A stretch of 64,000 nt of DNA from Anthoceros angustus (taxonomy: Eukaryota; Plantae; Anthocerotophyta). Below, piece by piece: positions 1-12,342 of this stretch; within the stretch, counting starts at the first letter, position 1; the number at the start of each line of letters is the position of its first letter. The notes below the pieces were generated by a model that worked only from the letters and a program-made list of their open reading frames with translations, searched no databases and was not told the origin of the DNA. The stretch covers positions 1-64,000 of the forward strand of contig MU008229.1 of assembly GCA_010909165.1 (NCBI GenBank), written 5' to 3'. A program made the position numbers and the translations under genes.

Positions 1-970
1 GGGCAGACGGATCAATCGGCGATAAAACCAATTGCATCGGTGGCAACAAAGCCAATCTTTGAAAGGGATAGAGGACGCTTGAACTGTCCAAAATTCCAAT
101 TAATTTGTCAATAAAATCAAACACTTATATATGCAAGGTATGAGAGTGACGTAAGGGTTAGCTATACATATTACTATATAAACAAGTCTTGGCCTATATA
201 CATACGTATATACGTATACAAAGGAGGCATATATAAGTACACTAATATAATATAAGTATAGATGGATGTGTACATATATATGTACACATACTTACACATA
301 CTTATGTCTTGAAGCCTATATACATATATATGTATACAAAGGATATGCAAAGGAGGTAAAATAGGAAGGGAAGGACAGAGAGAGAGGTCCTTGTTACAAT
401 CATGTTGCAAGAGGAATAGGAAGAGTATAAAATGGTTGTGATAGGGGAGGTCCTTCTCACACATGATGGAGGAGGAGAAGTGAAAGAGTATAAAAGGGTG
501 TGATAAGGGGGCAATAAATAGCGGGGTGAGGTGAGAGAGAGAGACCAAGCATTGTGTTAAGATGGGGTGAGAAGGTGGATAAGAAATTGACACCACGAAC
601 ACCAAGCCACCATAAAGTGTTGCAATTTTGAAGTGGTACATGAAGTGAGAGACCAAGCATTGTGTTAGGATGGTGGGAGAAGGAAGAGAAAAATGGACCA
701 ACTTAACACCAAGCCATCAAAACATGTTGCAAGTTGGAAGTGTTACATAAAATTGCAACACGTATAACAAGGCGGTGGGAAATTATTAATAATGCTTGTG
801 AGAGAGGTGTACCGGGTGAGGTGGGAAGAGAGAGTGCAGTTCGTGTTAAGATGGTCGCACGAGGAGAACTAACAAACTTAATACCAAGCCTCCAAAACAT
901 GTTGCAATGTGGAAGTGTAACAAAAAATTGCAACATCGACTGTAACATAGGGTGCCCTTTTCTAGTAGGG
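1..970. mobile_element. Right arm of a non-autonomous CACTA-like element with a CCCTA terminus; left end lies outside the window
   Basis: Ends ...TGTAACATAGGGTGCCCTTTTCTAGTAGGG at 970 (reverse complement CCCTACTAGAAAAGGGCA). About 780-970 is homologous by eye to about 43520-43718. Repeated TGTTGCAA/TGTAAC subterminal motifs. Confidence 0.65.
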
Positions 971-2125
971 TTCGGAGCTCGAATTGCTTCTCACCGGTCC
1001 TCCAGATGTGCTGCTCAACAACCTCGCCTTGTGCTCTCGATAGCACGCCAATGCTTCATCCCCCAAGTACTTCGGCATTTGGATGAAGTTGTATCACTTT
1101 GTGTATGCGGTCTTCAATTCCATCTCCGCACACACCGTACCGTTCTTCTCGATGAAGTCCTCCAGTGGTAAGGTGCCCGCTCGTCCTGTGAACAACTCCA
1201 TTCGATCCTTGTCTCCTCTCATCTTGATGACTCCTAGAGACAAGTCCTCTTGTCGTAAACCCGAGTAATCGAGCAAGCGTGTCTTATGTGTTGCCACTCA
1301 CACATCCTTCAAAGATTATTCATTGAGTCGCTGGGTTCCCCCGCATCCTTCGCTGGTACCAAAATCGAGGTGTTAAATTTCTCTCTCTTTCCGACTTGGT
1401 CGCCGATGGGTAGCTGGTAGTCTGGTCCGGATTGAGTGTGTCCAGGCATGCACTCCAAGCGGTTAGTGGCTAAGTCAAAACCCTTAATCAAGGTTAACAC
1501 ACCGTGCTTGCTTAGATCGTGATTAGTGAAACCTCTAAGTATCTATGCATGTGTAAATTGCATACAAATACTCTTCAGTCTCTATATAAGTCAAGAGTAG
1601 TCTCTATATAAGTCAAGAGCTCAACATGGGTAAGTTGGATAGCAAAATATAAGAACACTAAGCACGCTCGAGTCCAATTAGTACCTGGATGGGGTGCTAG
1701 CCAACGGAGAGTTTTGAATGAATGTAGTAAATCAATGGCTAGATAAATAGCTACTTAAGCATGCTTTAAGCATGTAGGCAAGGGACCCTCTAAAGTGTGT
1801 CCAAGGCTTGAGGCCAAGGAGGAGCCTAAGTCCAAGGAGAGGAGGAGAAGAAGCCCAAGTCCAAGGATAGGAGAAGAAGCCCAAGTCCAAGGAGAGGAGG
1901 AGAAGAAGCCCAAGTACAAGGAGAGGAATGAGGCCTCCATTAAGGGTTTGGCCTTTTAAGGCCAACCAACCAAGGAGAAACAAGAGTATTTTACTATTTT
2001 ACTTCAAGGGATAAGGGAAGAGAGGCATCACTAACACACTAAGCCTCGCATCGCCTAGCACACTAAGCTTAGTGTTTATCAATCCTAGCACGCGATATCA
2101 GCGTAAATACACAAGACGCTTGTCA
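971..2125 (-). mobile_element. Degenerate LTR-retrotransposon-like remnant (gag-like fragments)
   Basis: Broken minus-strand ORFs at 1094-1297 and 1309-1500 look gag-like. A candidate TG start (TGACAAGCG) is at 2125. No PBS or second LTR identified. Confidence 0.3.
1828..1926. repeat. Tandem repeat of about 29-30 bp, about 3 copies
   Basis: AAGTCCAAGGAGAGGAGGAGAAGAAGCCC repeated with small variants. Confidence 0.85.
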
Positions 2126-2467
2126 GGAATAGGGGAGGGAGTAGTTAGCATCATGGCACAAACACACCTTCCCACGAACAACACGCGAAATCATCGCTCT
2201 CGGGAGTCGCTTCGCCTCCTCACAACACCAAGCCATCAAAACATGTTGCAAGTTGGAAGTGTACATATATATTATAGTGCCCTTGGACATATTCCTAAGA
2301 TATCTTATGCACTCGATATGCGAAATATCCTTAGAATACACTATAATATGCAAGGAATATGCTAAAGTATATTACTTGAGCTTATCCACTTAGCTAACAT
2401 TGAGAAACACATGCACACACATCCGCGGCAAGGCTTTGATTGATAACAGCGTCTGTATAGAAAGGGG

Positions 2468-5400
2468 TTTTGAAAAAAATTTTGCCCAACCCTATTTTGC
2501 CCAACCCTATTTCGCTGGAAACTGAAGTTGGTTTGGTTTTGGTTGGTTTTTGTAGGTGTTCCTCCATCGGTTTCGCATTCTCGGCCCAGACCACTTCGTC
2601 GAGTCATTTACATCTGGCGTCGCAGTACTGTGTTCATAGCGATTTAGTCGGTGTGATGAAAGGCCGACCTCATTTTTCCATAATTTACCATGTCCGTAGT
2701 TTAAATTGTGGTTTGTATGTTTTTGTATACCAGCCTAATGGCGATAAGTGCGCCTAACACGCTACAGATACTTGGCACGACCGTAAAAAGAACGCCAAAA
2801 ATGATCTTCTAATGGGAAAACATGTCCTTGGAGGTCGAGGATGTTCCGAACTCCCGATTGTGGCCAATGTAGCAGACATCTGCCAGAGGTTCATTTACCG
2901 GCCCCAGGTCAGGCCTTAGCCACTAAGCGATTGCAAAACAAGTCGTGCACCCCGATCAGGCTGTGCCGCCCCGCACTAAGTCAAGTTGATCTTGGCAGAG
3001 CCAGAATCATCACTCCAAGGTCAAGAAGGGGCCTAGCATGAATCCATATGGTTCGCCTCCTAGCATCCAAAGAAAAAGAACAAAAAAATCTAAAACCCCC
3101 AAAAAGCCCAAGTCCAATTTTTCTGTGCAATTGCGCCGCACTTTCCTAAATTTTTGATATTTTTGAGTTTTTGGTTTTTATATATATTTTGTTTTAAAGG
3201 GTTCCTTTCGACGCTTTTCAACCTTTTTGTGCACAAACCTAATGTGGATATGTTCTTATCTTTACTTAGCCCTCATCTTTTTGTAGTGGTTAAAACTTTG
3301 AACTAGTAGTGAGAACCTTTGCATCTTTTGAATCTTGAGACGTTTGGCGAGGGCTCAAGCCTGAGAAGTGCATATGCCACTCTCATTTCGTGACCGCACG
3401 TGGATCAAGAGCATCAGGTCAATGAAGATATTATTGTCCCAATATATAAGAAACAAAGTCCTGTAAAATTCACAGAGCGAGAGTATAGTCTTAGGATTGA
3501 CTAGACTGTTTGCGCACCAGAATTACAGCAAGCCCTAAAAACTCTAAAATTTTGTATACGTCCAACACCTGGCAATGATTGCCAGGTATTGGAGACTATT
3601 TAAATGACAAGTCTAATAACATGATAATCGTTATCATGGCATCTTTTTGAATTGCCTTTGATCCTCATTCTCTCTAAACACCTAGTATAAGTAGAAATTT
3701 TGTTCTAATTAGTATTGTGGAAGACACCAATTTTGGTGCCATTGAGGACTTCTTCAAAACATAGAATGTGCTTACAGACGTAGGCTAACGAGCTGGCATA
3801 GATTGTATCTATGTGGCGCTGAGGCAAGGTGGCCGACCACAATCTCATTTCAATTCATGTACTAATGTGCTTGGCATGTATGCAAAGCTTATCCCACGCC
3901 CTGTATGTTCGCACTAACCCGTGTCATCGCCCCACCATTTCTCGCCCAATTTTTTTGGCCGCGGTTTCCTTGTGTGATTTCACATCCCCGACCACAGTTC
4001 TTGACGGTTGGTAGTTTTGAAAAAATTTTGCCCAACCCTATTTTGCCCAACCCTATTTCATTTGAAACCGGTTGGTTTGGTTTTGTTGTAGGTGTTCCTC
4101 CATCGGTTTCGCATTCTCGGCCCAGACCACTTCGTCGAGTCATTTACATCTGGCGTCGCAGTACTGTGTTCATAGCGATTTAGTCGGTGTGATGAAAGGC
4201 CGACCTCATTTTTCCATAATTTCGCCATGTCCGTAGTTTCGCATTTTGTGTGGTTTGTATGTTTTTGTATACTGGGGCCTAGGCGCATAAGTGTGCGCCT
4301 AACATAATGCTATCTTGCACTTGTAACGCACTGCAAAAAGAACGCCAAAAATGATCTTCTAATGGGAAAACATGTCCTTTGGAGGTCTCGAGGATGTTCC
4401 TAACTCCCACAAAATAATGTAGCAGTAGCATCAGGTTCACCTAGACCGCTCTCATATCTATCCTATGCCCTAATGCGATGAAGAGCACCCTATCCCTTTT
4501 ATCCTTTACTGTGTTTCCGTCTCTTTCGGCAGTGATCTAGTACCGAGTTATCATCAAACATGCCAGGGGGGCCAGTTGGGAAAACAAGTGCGTGCACCAG
4601 GGGGCAAGGGGGCCCAGGTGTGCACACAAGTACGCGCACTTGGGGGCAAGGGGCCCAGGTGCGCGCACCAAGGGGCAAGGAGGCTCAGGTGCGCGTGCAC
4701 CCGAGGTCAAGAAGGCCCAGGTGCGCGCACTGCGCGTACTAAGGGGCAAGGAGGCCAAGGTGCGCACACAAGTGCGCACACCCAAGGTCAAGAAGGGCCT
4801 ACGAGCATGAATCCATATGGTTCATGCCTCCTAGTGCATTCCCAAACAGTTCATCCAAAGAAAAAAAGAACAAAAAAATCTAAAACCCCCCAAAAAAAGC
4901 CCAAAAAAGTCCAATTTTTTCAGGCAATTGCGCGCACTTTCCCTAAATTTTTGATATTTTTTGAGTTTTTTGGTTTTTTATATATATTTTGTTTTAAAGG
5001 GTTCCTTTCGACGTTTTCAACCTTTTTTGTGCACAACCCTAATGTGGATATGTTCTTATCTTTACTTAGCCCTCATCTTTTTGTAGTGGTTAAAACTTTG
5101 AACTAGTAGTGAGAACCTTTTGCATCTTTTGAATCTTGAGACGCTTGAGGCCCGACTCAAGTGCACCATGCCACTCTCATTTCGACCGCACGTGGATCAA
5201 GAGCATCGTGTCAATGAAGATATTATTGTCCCAATATATAAGAAACAAAGTCTGTAAAATTCACAGCGAGTATAGTCTTAGGATTGACTGGATTGCGCAC
5301 TGCATACAAGCCCTAAAACCTAAAATTTTATACGTTCAACACCGGCAATGATTGCCGTATTGAGACTATTTAAATGACAAGTCTAATAACATGATAATCG

Positions 5401-5822
5401 TTATCATGGCATCTTTTTGAATTGCCTTTGATCCTCATTCTCTCTAAACACCTAGTAGTGGCAGAGAAATTTTGTTCTAGTTAGTATATTGTGGAAGACA
5501 CCAATTTTGGTGCCATTGAGGACTTCTTCAAACATAGAATGTGCTTGCTACAGACGAGTGGCTAACGAGCCTGTGCCATAGATTGTATCTATGTGGCGCC
5601 TGAGGCAAGGTGGCCAGCCACAATCTCATTTCCCTGAATTCATGTACTAATGTGCTTGGCATGTATGCAAAACTGCTATCCTACGCCTCGGTGTATGTTC
5701 GCACTAACCCGTGTCATCAGCCCAATTACTCTTCTCGCCCAATTTTTTTGGCCCGCTAGTTTCCCTTGTGTGATTTCACATCCCTGACCACGAAGTTCTT
5801 CGAGCGGTTGGTAGTTTTGAAA
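2468..5822. repeat. Tandem direct duplication of a non-coding unit (about 2468-4020 and 4014-5822)
   Basis: Both units start TTTTGAAAAAA..TTTTGCCCAACCCTATTTTGCCCAACCCTATTTC and end ...CGGTTGGTAGTTTTGA. They are colinear with small indels; the central part differs (GC-rich GGGGCAAGG..CCCAGGTGCGCGCAC repeats in copy 2). Confidence 0.85.
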
Positions 5823-6432
5823 TGCGTGATCGCGGGGGCTAGTCCACCTGGCATGGTGCCCTTCATTGGGTTTTTCCCCCTTTGTTTTTGGGATGGATGG
5901 GTTTTTCCCATCTCTTTTTTATAATAAAATCTTCTTTACCATTTCCTAAGCGCAAGACCACTTGATAACGAAAGAGTCGGCATGATAACCCGTTTCAAGA
6001 TACTCACTTATTCCGCCCATATGTATATTATATTGCTGGGCTATGGAACTGATTAATCGTGCCATACCCATCGCCGCTGATGGCCAGAACGTTAGGAGTA
6101 ATTAAACAGTACCATAATTTACACATACACGTTACCTTAGATAATTACATAGCTATAGAAACATGCTAATCTTTGCCGTACAGAAGAAGAAAAACCTAAT
6201 GTGGAGAACGCGATCAACACCGGTATCGCAAAACCCAATTAAGACTCTATTTTCGCTAGCTAGTAATTAGGTGAAATATCAGGAAGTGTTGTCACACATT
6301 TCCAAGCGGGTTGTTTGGATTCGAACGCATCGAGCTCGGGATTGTTAGCCCTGCCAGCCTACGACTGCCAAGCTTCTCCCAACGATGACGACGGGAGACC
6401 TGGAGGAAAGCGTGACGAACTCGCGAAGGACT

Positions 6433-6804
6433 CTAGAGGGTATGAGCTGCGGTGTTGAGCAGAAGGAGAAGGACAAGCATGACGAAGACGACCCAGCCAA
6501 AGATATCGATGAAGCTTGCGTCGGAGCCATCGTAGCTGACACGACTGCCCTGCCTGGAGTTGGGATACTCCAAGTGCTGGTTATGCTGTGGAGAATAGCT
6601 CCAGTAGAGAAGGAGCACCAGCATGACAGGCACGAGGAGGCTCACAAAAACGCCGAACTGCTTCACAGCCAGCGTGAGCAGCGGTTGGAAGTGGAGCCAT
6701 AGTGGCAGAGCCCACATGGAGGCCAGCACGGCCAGGAAGAAGAGAGGCATCCATGGCGCAGGAGGAGGCGGTCTCTCGTGTGCGTAGTACTCCGCCATGG
6801 ACAT
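6433..6804 (-). CDS. Small multi-pass membrane protein (plant PxxxL-FL...GW/PW-V-LLLL type)
   Basis: ORF MSMAEYYAHERPPPPAPWMPLFFLAVLASMW...GWVVFVMLVLLLLLN with three hydrophobic segments. A frameshift may extend the C-terminus to 6345. Confidence 0.55.
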   Translation of the reverse strand: MSMAEYYAHERPPPPAPWMPLFFLAVLASMWALPLWLHFQPLLTLAVKQFGVFVSLLVPVMLVLLLYWSYSPQHNQHLEYPNSRQGSRVSYDGSDASFIDIFGWVVFVMLVLLLLLNTAAHTL

Positions 6805-8033
6805 GCAGCTCGCAGGCAAGCTTACTGTTTCAAGCAAGTATCAAGGATTGCAGCACAAACCATTTCATCCCGAAGTTCAAGAACCAGCCTCCAGCACAGG
6901 CCATGGGGTTGGCCAGCAAGCTTAGGACTCCCTTGAAAACCTTTGCTTACCGGAAGCAGGAGGAGAGGGTTTTGAGAGCGGCTGCTCCAGACTTCAGGGG
7001 CCTTTATCAAGAGAGCACGAGCAGGCTCCACCTGCATCAACAAATGTAACACTCGAGGAGCTTGATGCATGCACGTATGAGGGACAGCAAGAGACGAGGA
7101 GGAGTGAAATATTGGCCCTGTCTTCAGCACACGAGGTCCATATATCACAGTCTGCTGCACATGGCACTTCCGTTGCAAGGGGTTACTGACGTCATGACTG
7201 TAAGGCATGGGCCATGAAAGGTTCCTTTAGTACGAGAGGGACAGTCTGGGACAACAGGTGATCAATCCCGCTCTTGTCTGGACATGCCAATTGGGATGCC
7301 CCCTCTCCATTATATTTTCACATCCCACCAACCAAATCTTTGATCATCCTCACTGTTTGTTGAACCGCGCGGATGCACCAAGCGGAAGGCTCAATCATGC
7401 ATGATGTGAGTACCATGCCCCACACCCTAGCCGGCTTGGACACCTCAAGGAAGTCGATGGTCGTCAACTTGCTACATGAAAAAGGCGATGGCCCTATGCC
7501 GCGCGGTTTGCGATGGTAATGTGCTCGGACGGGATTCATGTGGTGCTGGGGATGGGGGCTTGTGGCCATAGTAACATGCCAGTGAGACGGCCGTACGTGC
7601 CAGAGCATTAATCGCCTCGGAGGTTGAGACGCAGCATCTTGTGCTCCTCTGTACCATCTGATTGAAGGCACTGATCCAGTCTTCTGACAATGGCTGAAGA
7701 AATCCAGCAGGCAGTCACTTGCCTCAAATGACCAGGTGACAGCTCCACATTGTGATCGTCCTTGCCTCACGTCAGGCGTATTGCAGAACCTGCACCAGTT
7801 GGATTGGGTTGATTTCCACTGACCCAGTTAAAATGCCTGTGGGTTTGTGCACCCCAGGATTGCATCCTTTCCACGATATGTACTACTGTGTTTTATTGGG
7901 CAGACCTAAATCCATATCCGAAATTGATATATTATTATAATCTACATTTCTCACATTCAAAATTTGTTCATACCAATGAGGTATCCAGCCGAAATTGTCT
8001 TCGGATTTTGATCTATTTCACAGGTTCCTACAT

Positions 8034-9579
8034 CTATTTGACGGTAGCAGATCTGGAATATGCGTCTCTTGTTTTGGCACTGGTCTTACTCCAATCAGAT
8101 TCACTACCTCGTTTTGTTCCTTGCACAACCAAAATAACCCTACGAGTTAATGTATTAACATCACTTTCTATTTGAGCCAAGTGAGCCTCATATCTGCATC
8201 ACCATACAAAAGTATTAGCATATTATTTTATGATATTATTATTTAATTATTTTGCATATATTAACATCACTTTCTATTTGAGCCAAGTGAGCCTCGTATC
8301 TACATGACCACACAAAAGTATTAGCATGTTGTTTAATTATTTAATTATTTTACATATCTTACCGTTCTTTACGCTTTTTCTTGGATTCGGTATCTAGAAC
8401 GCACGATAATCTTTGATATTGGTCATTTATTTCCTTCCATTTTGTTTTCAATATATGCAAAAGCTCCCACCTTTCCCTTTCCTCCAATCTACAAGAGCAT
8501 GAAATATTAAACATAAAAGACCATTCATAACAATCCAATGTGGTCACAACATAGCAATCTAAAACCTAGAAATTTTACTTGTGAGTTCCTGGATGGGCGC
8601 AGATGCCCATTTCATGTTTCTCAAGTGCTTCGATTCTCGCTCTTGTAATCTTCATGGCCTCCTCAATTCTCAGCGCTAAATAATTGGGCACCTTGCCGAA
8701 GTTCTTTTTGGTCACGTATCTTCTTGGAGGTGGAGGTGGTGGTTTAGCATCTTTAGAAAAATACAATCAAGATGTCGTTTGAGTTTCAAAATACTTCCTA
8801 TGATTTTAGCAACAAATTTTGTAAGTCAATAGAAATATAAAAATTAATGGATATGTGATTTACGCGAATGAATTTGAGCACGGGCATTTTTGTTAATGAA
8901 ATTATTTCCGCTCCACATGTTGTATATCTGTATTCCATTCCATGATAAGAGATGATTTATTGAGGTGAAAGAACGATGGAAAGAGACCATCTAGGATAAG
9001 AAGTTTCTTTCTTGTAGAAATTATTGATAAAATTAAATAAGTTTTGAGACTTTTTACCGGAGGCTCATGTGGACACTGCATTTTGTATTTTGCCGAACAT
9101 CGAATAGGTGCTGATATTCATTCATAGAAACAACTAATCAATGGCATACTTTATGGATTGAAAGTGTGAATTATAGATTATAGATCATTTTTAAATTACT
9201 ACTTATAATCTTGGGTTCCTTTAAAGTGGTTCTGAAGTCAAACCATGTATGATGATAGGTTCTTTAGCATGCTTCTTCATGAACTTAGTTGTATCGGGTT
9301 TTAAGGATCCAAGTTTATATCCAAAGGTTGCTGCCGGTCTTAGACATTCAGATTCTTTTATTTTTTGTATGAAGATATCCAATCTTTTTTCTTGCTAAAA
9401 ATATCAAAGAAAATATTGGTTAAGTTTTTTTTATCAAATTTATGAGTTTTCCTAAATTTTTAAAAAGTTGTACTAACTAAAGCTTGCTAAACTACCTTTG
9501 ATCGGAGTGGTTTGAACTTCTCCGGCTCCTCCTCCGGTGGAAGGATGATATTATAGATACTTTCATTGGAGAGCATCAT
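8034..9579 (-). CDS. ENKUR: Enkurin (axonemal microtubule inner protein, FAP106-like), multi-exon
   Basis: Exons translate as MMLSNESIYNIILPPEEEPEKFKPLRSK (9579-9496), AATFGYKLGSLKPDTTKFMKKHAKEP, YVTKKNFGKVPNYL, EERERWELLHILKTKWKEINDQYQRLSCVLDTESKKKRKER (8488-8363) and YEAHLAQIESDVNTLTRRVILV (8193-8034). These match recalled enkurin motifs, with GT-AG borders. Confidence 0.85.
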
Positions 9580-11085
9580 TTTTTTTCCTTTGAAAGTGAG
9601 CTACAAATAACATTTCCATGTAAAATAATCCATGGACATAAGTAGCTTGATCAAGTAATCTTAGAAATGAAAGAAACCAAAAGTGCAATAATATGCACTT
9701 GTATGTAGTGTCTTGTAGCCAAGTTGGAAAATTAAACTTCCTAAGTAGATAAGTGCCTTTCTTCAAGTAAGAAATGATTCAAATATCATGTAGGCTTCGA
9801 GGTCTTCAATTCATCATTATGAGGTTGCAACACAAAACATGTTGGCATATATCACATGATCACGAGAAGAATAAATGGGCAATTCCATGCATAAGATTGA
9901 ATCGACAACCATAATCAGGTTCACATAAGAAAAACTTTGAGATGACATGTATTCCCAGGATTTTGCCACGTTTGTAGTGCATGAGCAAATAAAACATAAG
10001 GTAAGTGTTTTATTCCATTCCATGATAAGAGATGATTTATTGAGGTGAAAGAACGATGGAAAGAGACCATCTAGGATAAGAAGTTTCTTTCTTGTAGAAA
10101 TTATTGATAAAATTAAATAAGTTTTGAGACTTTTTACCGGAGGCTCATGTGGACACTGCATTTTGTATTTTGCCTTGGCTGAACATCGAATAGGTGCTGA
10201 TATTCATTCATAGAAACAACTAATCAATGGCATACTTTATGGATTGAAAGTGTGAATTATAGATTATAGATCATTTTTAAATTACTACTTATAATCTTGG
10301 GTTCCTTTAAAGTGGTTCTGAAGTCAAACCATGTATGATGATAGGTTCTTTAGCATGCTTCTTCATGAACTTAGTTGTATCGGGTTTTAAGGATCCAAGT
10401 TTATATCCAAAGGTTCTCGTCTTAGACATTGATTCTTTTATTTTTGTATGAAGATATCCAATCTTTTTCTTGCTAAAATATCAAAGAAAATATTGGTTAA
10501 GTTTTTTATCAAATTTATGAGTTTTCCTAAATTTTTAAAAAGTTGTACTAACTAAAGCTTGCTAAACTACCTTTGATCGGAGTGGTTTGAACTTCTCCTC
10601 CTCCTCCGGTGGAAGGATGATATTATAGATACTTTCATTGGAGAGCATCATTTTTTTTCCTTTGAAAGTGAGCTACAAATAACATTTCCATGTAAAATAA
10701 TCCATGGACATAAGTAGCTTGATCAAGTAATCTTAGAAATGAAAGAAACCACAAAAGTGCAATAATATGCACTTGTATGTAGTGTCTTGTAGCCAAGTTG
10801 GAAAATTAAACTTCCTAAGTAGATAAGTGCCTTTCTTCAAGTAAGAAATGATTCAAATATCATGTAGGCTTCGAGGTCTTCAATTCATCATTATGAGGTT
10901 GCAACATGTTGGCATATATCACATGATCACGAGAAGAATAAATGGGCAATTCCATGCATAAGATTGAATCGACAACCATAATCAGGTTCACATAAGAAAA
11001 ACTTTGAGATGACATGTATTCCCAGGATTTTGCCACGTTTGTAGTGCATGAGCAAATAAAACATAAGGTAAGTGTTTTTATTTCA
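8932..11085. repeat. About 1.08-kb tandem duplication containing the 5' exons and upstream region of enkurin
   Basis: About 8932-10011 is colinear with about 10012-11085. The second enkurin ATG copy is at 10651. Copies differ by small indels. Confidence 0.85.
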
Positions 11086-11557
11086 TACCTATGAAATCTG
11101 CATGTGTGAATAGAATTCAAGTAAGGTAAGACACCCTACAACTTTCACTAGATAGAATTTACAACATTGTAGAAATTAGCTGATAAATTCACAACAATGT
11201 AGCAATCAAGTGATAGAGCAATAACACAACCTTTTGAAATGATTCACATGATCTAGTTAAACTTCCTTCACATGAAATGAAGAAAACATAAAACATATTT
11301 TATTGATTCAAGTTTAATCTAAAATTATTATTTATATTTAAATTAATTGATAATATTAATTTAATATTTTAATATATTGCTAGTAATACCCTCACTATGC
11401 AGCCAATCACAATATGACAACTTCCTTAAGCCGCCAATCAGCTTCCATTCTAGCATTCTAGCTCTCTACCAACTAATACAGACTAAAACCAAGCAGCCCC
11501 TTGTAGCTCTCAACCAACGCTCCCACCCTTCCTCTTAGCTCTAAGAGTTAGTATCCT

Positions 11558-11695
11558 GCTAACTCAAAGTTCAATGATCCTAAGAGCTAATATCCGCTAA
11601 CTCAAAGTTCAATGATCCTAAGAGCTAATATCCGCTAACTCAAAGTTCAATGATCCTAAGAGCTAGTATCCTGCTAACTCAAAGTTCAATGATCG
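11558..11695. repeat. 38-39 bp minisatellite, about 4 copies
   Basis: GCTAACTCAAAGTTCAATGATCCTAAGAGCTAATATCC starting at 11558, 11596, 11634 and 11673. Confidence 0.9.
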
Positions 11696-12342
11696 TAGGC
11701 CAAATGCGGTTAAGCATTTGCCGCACATGATTGGCTGCGTAGAAATTAACAAGTAGAGTTGGATTGACTTCAACTAGAGTTGATTTGTACAAACCGCGCT
11801 AAGCAACATATTGGGCCTGTTTTTTGATATATACCGCTAAGCGACATGATGAGCTCGTTTCACATTTTAATGTGCGATAGATAAGCTTTATTGAGAAATA
11901 TGAATAAACTTTTAAATAATATAAATAGATATCCACTTATATCGAACGTAGCTCCTTTCTAGAGTCAGTGAAAGGCTCCTAAGATAATTCAGAAGGTCTC
12001 GGATATGAACTCATTTCTTTCTATAGTCAGAAACGCTTCCACGATAACACGAAGCTCCTCTAATATGCACATGTTTTCCTGATTCCTCCTGGCCCAAAAA
12101 CCCTCACTCGCAGGAAAGCCACGAGTGAAGCTCAACCCTCCTTGTCTGGTGGAGAGGTTCGAAGATCTAATGAAAACAATCCTGGATTGTCTTCCCAAAA
12201 TCACCCCTAAGATGGTTTACATTGAAGCCGGCACTGCTTTGACTACCTACCGCACCTATGTAGGCAGTTAGACTAACCAATCATAAGGCCTTTCTATCCT
12301 GGCTTTGTACAAGAGCAACTTACTCAAAATGTACAGGTCGAC

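Noticed and set aside
174-701. 175-aa hydrophobic ORF
   Set aside because: Low-complexity purine/AT-rich transposon interior.
7318-7770. 150-aa minus-strand ORF as the enkurin C-terminus or a separate gene
   Set aside because: Enkurin terminates at 8034, and no domain was recognised in this ORF.
11940-12300. Possible structured RNA (P5SM or snoRNA) downstream of TFIIIA
   Set aside because: No recognisable boxes or 5S similarity; it cannot be supported without a covariance search.
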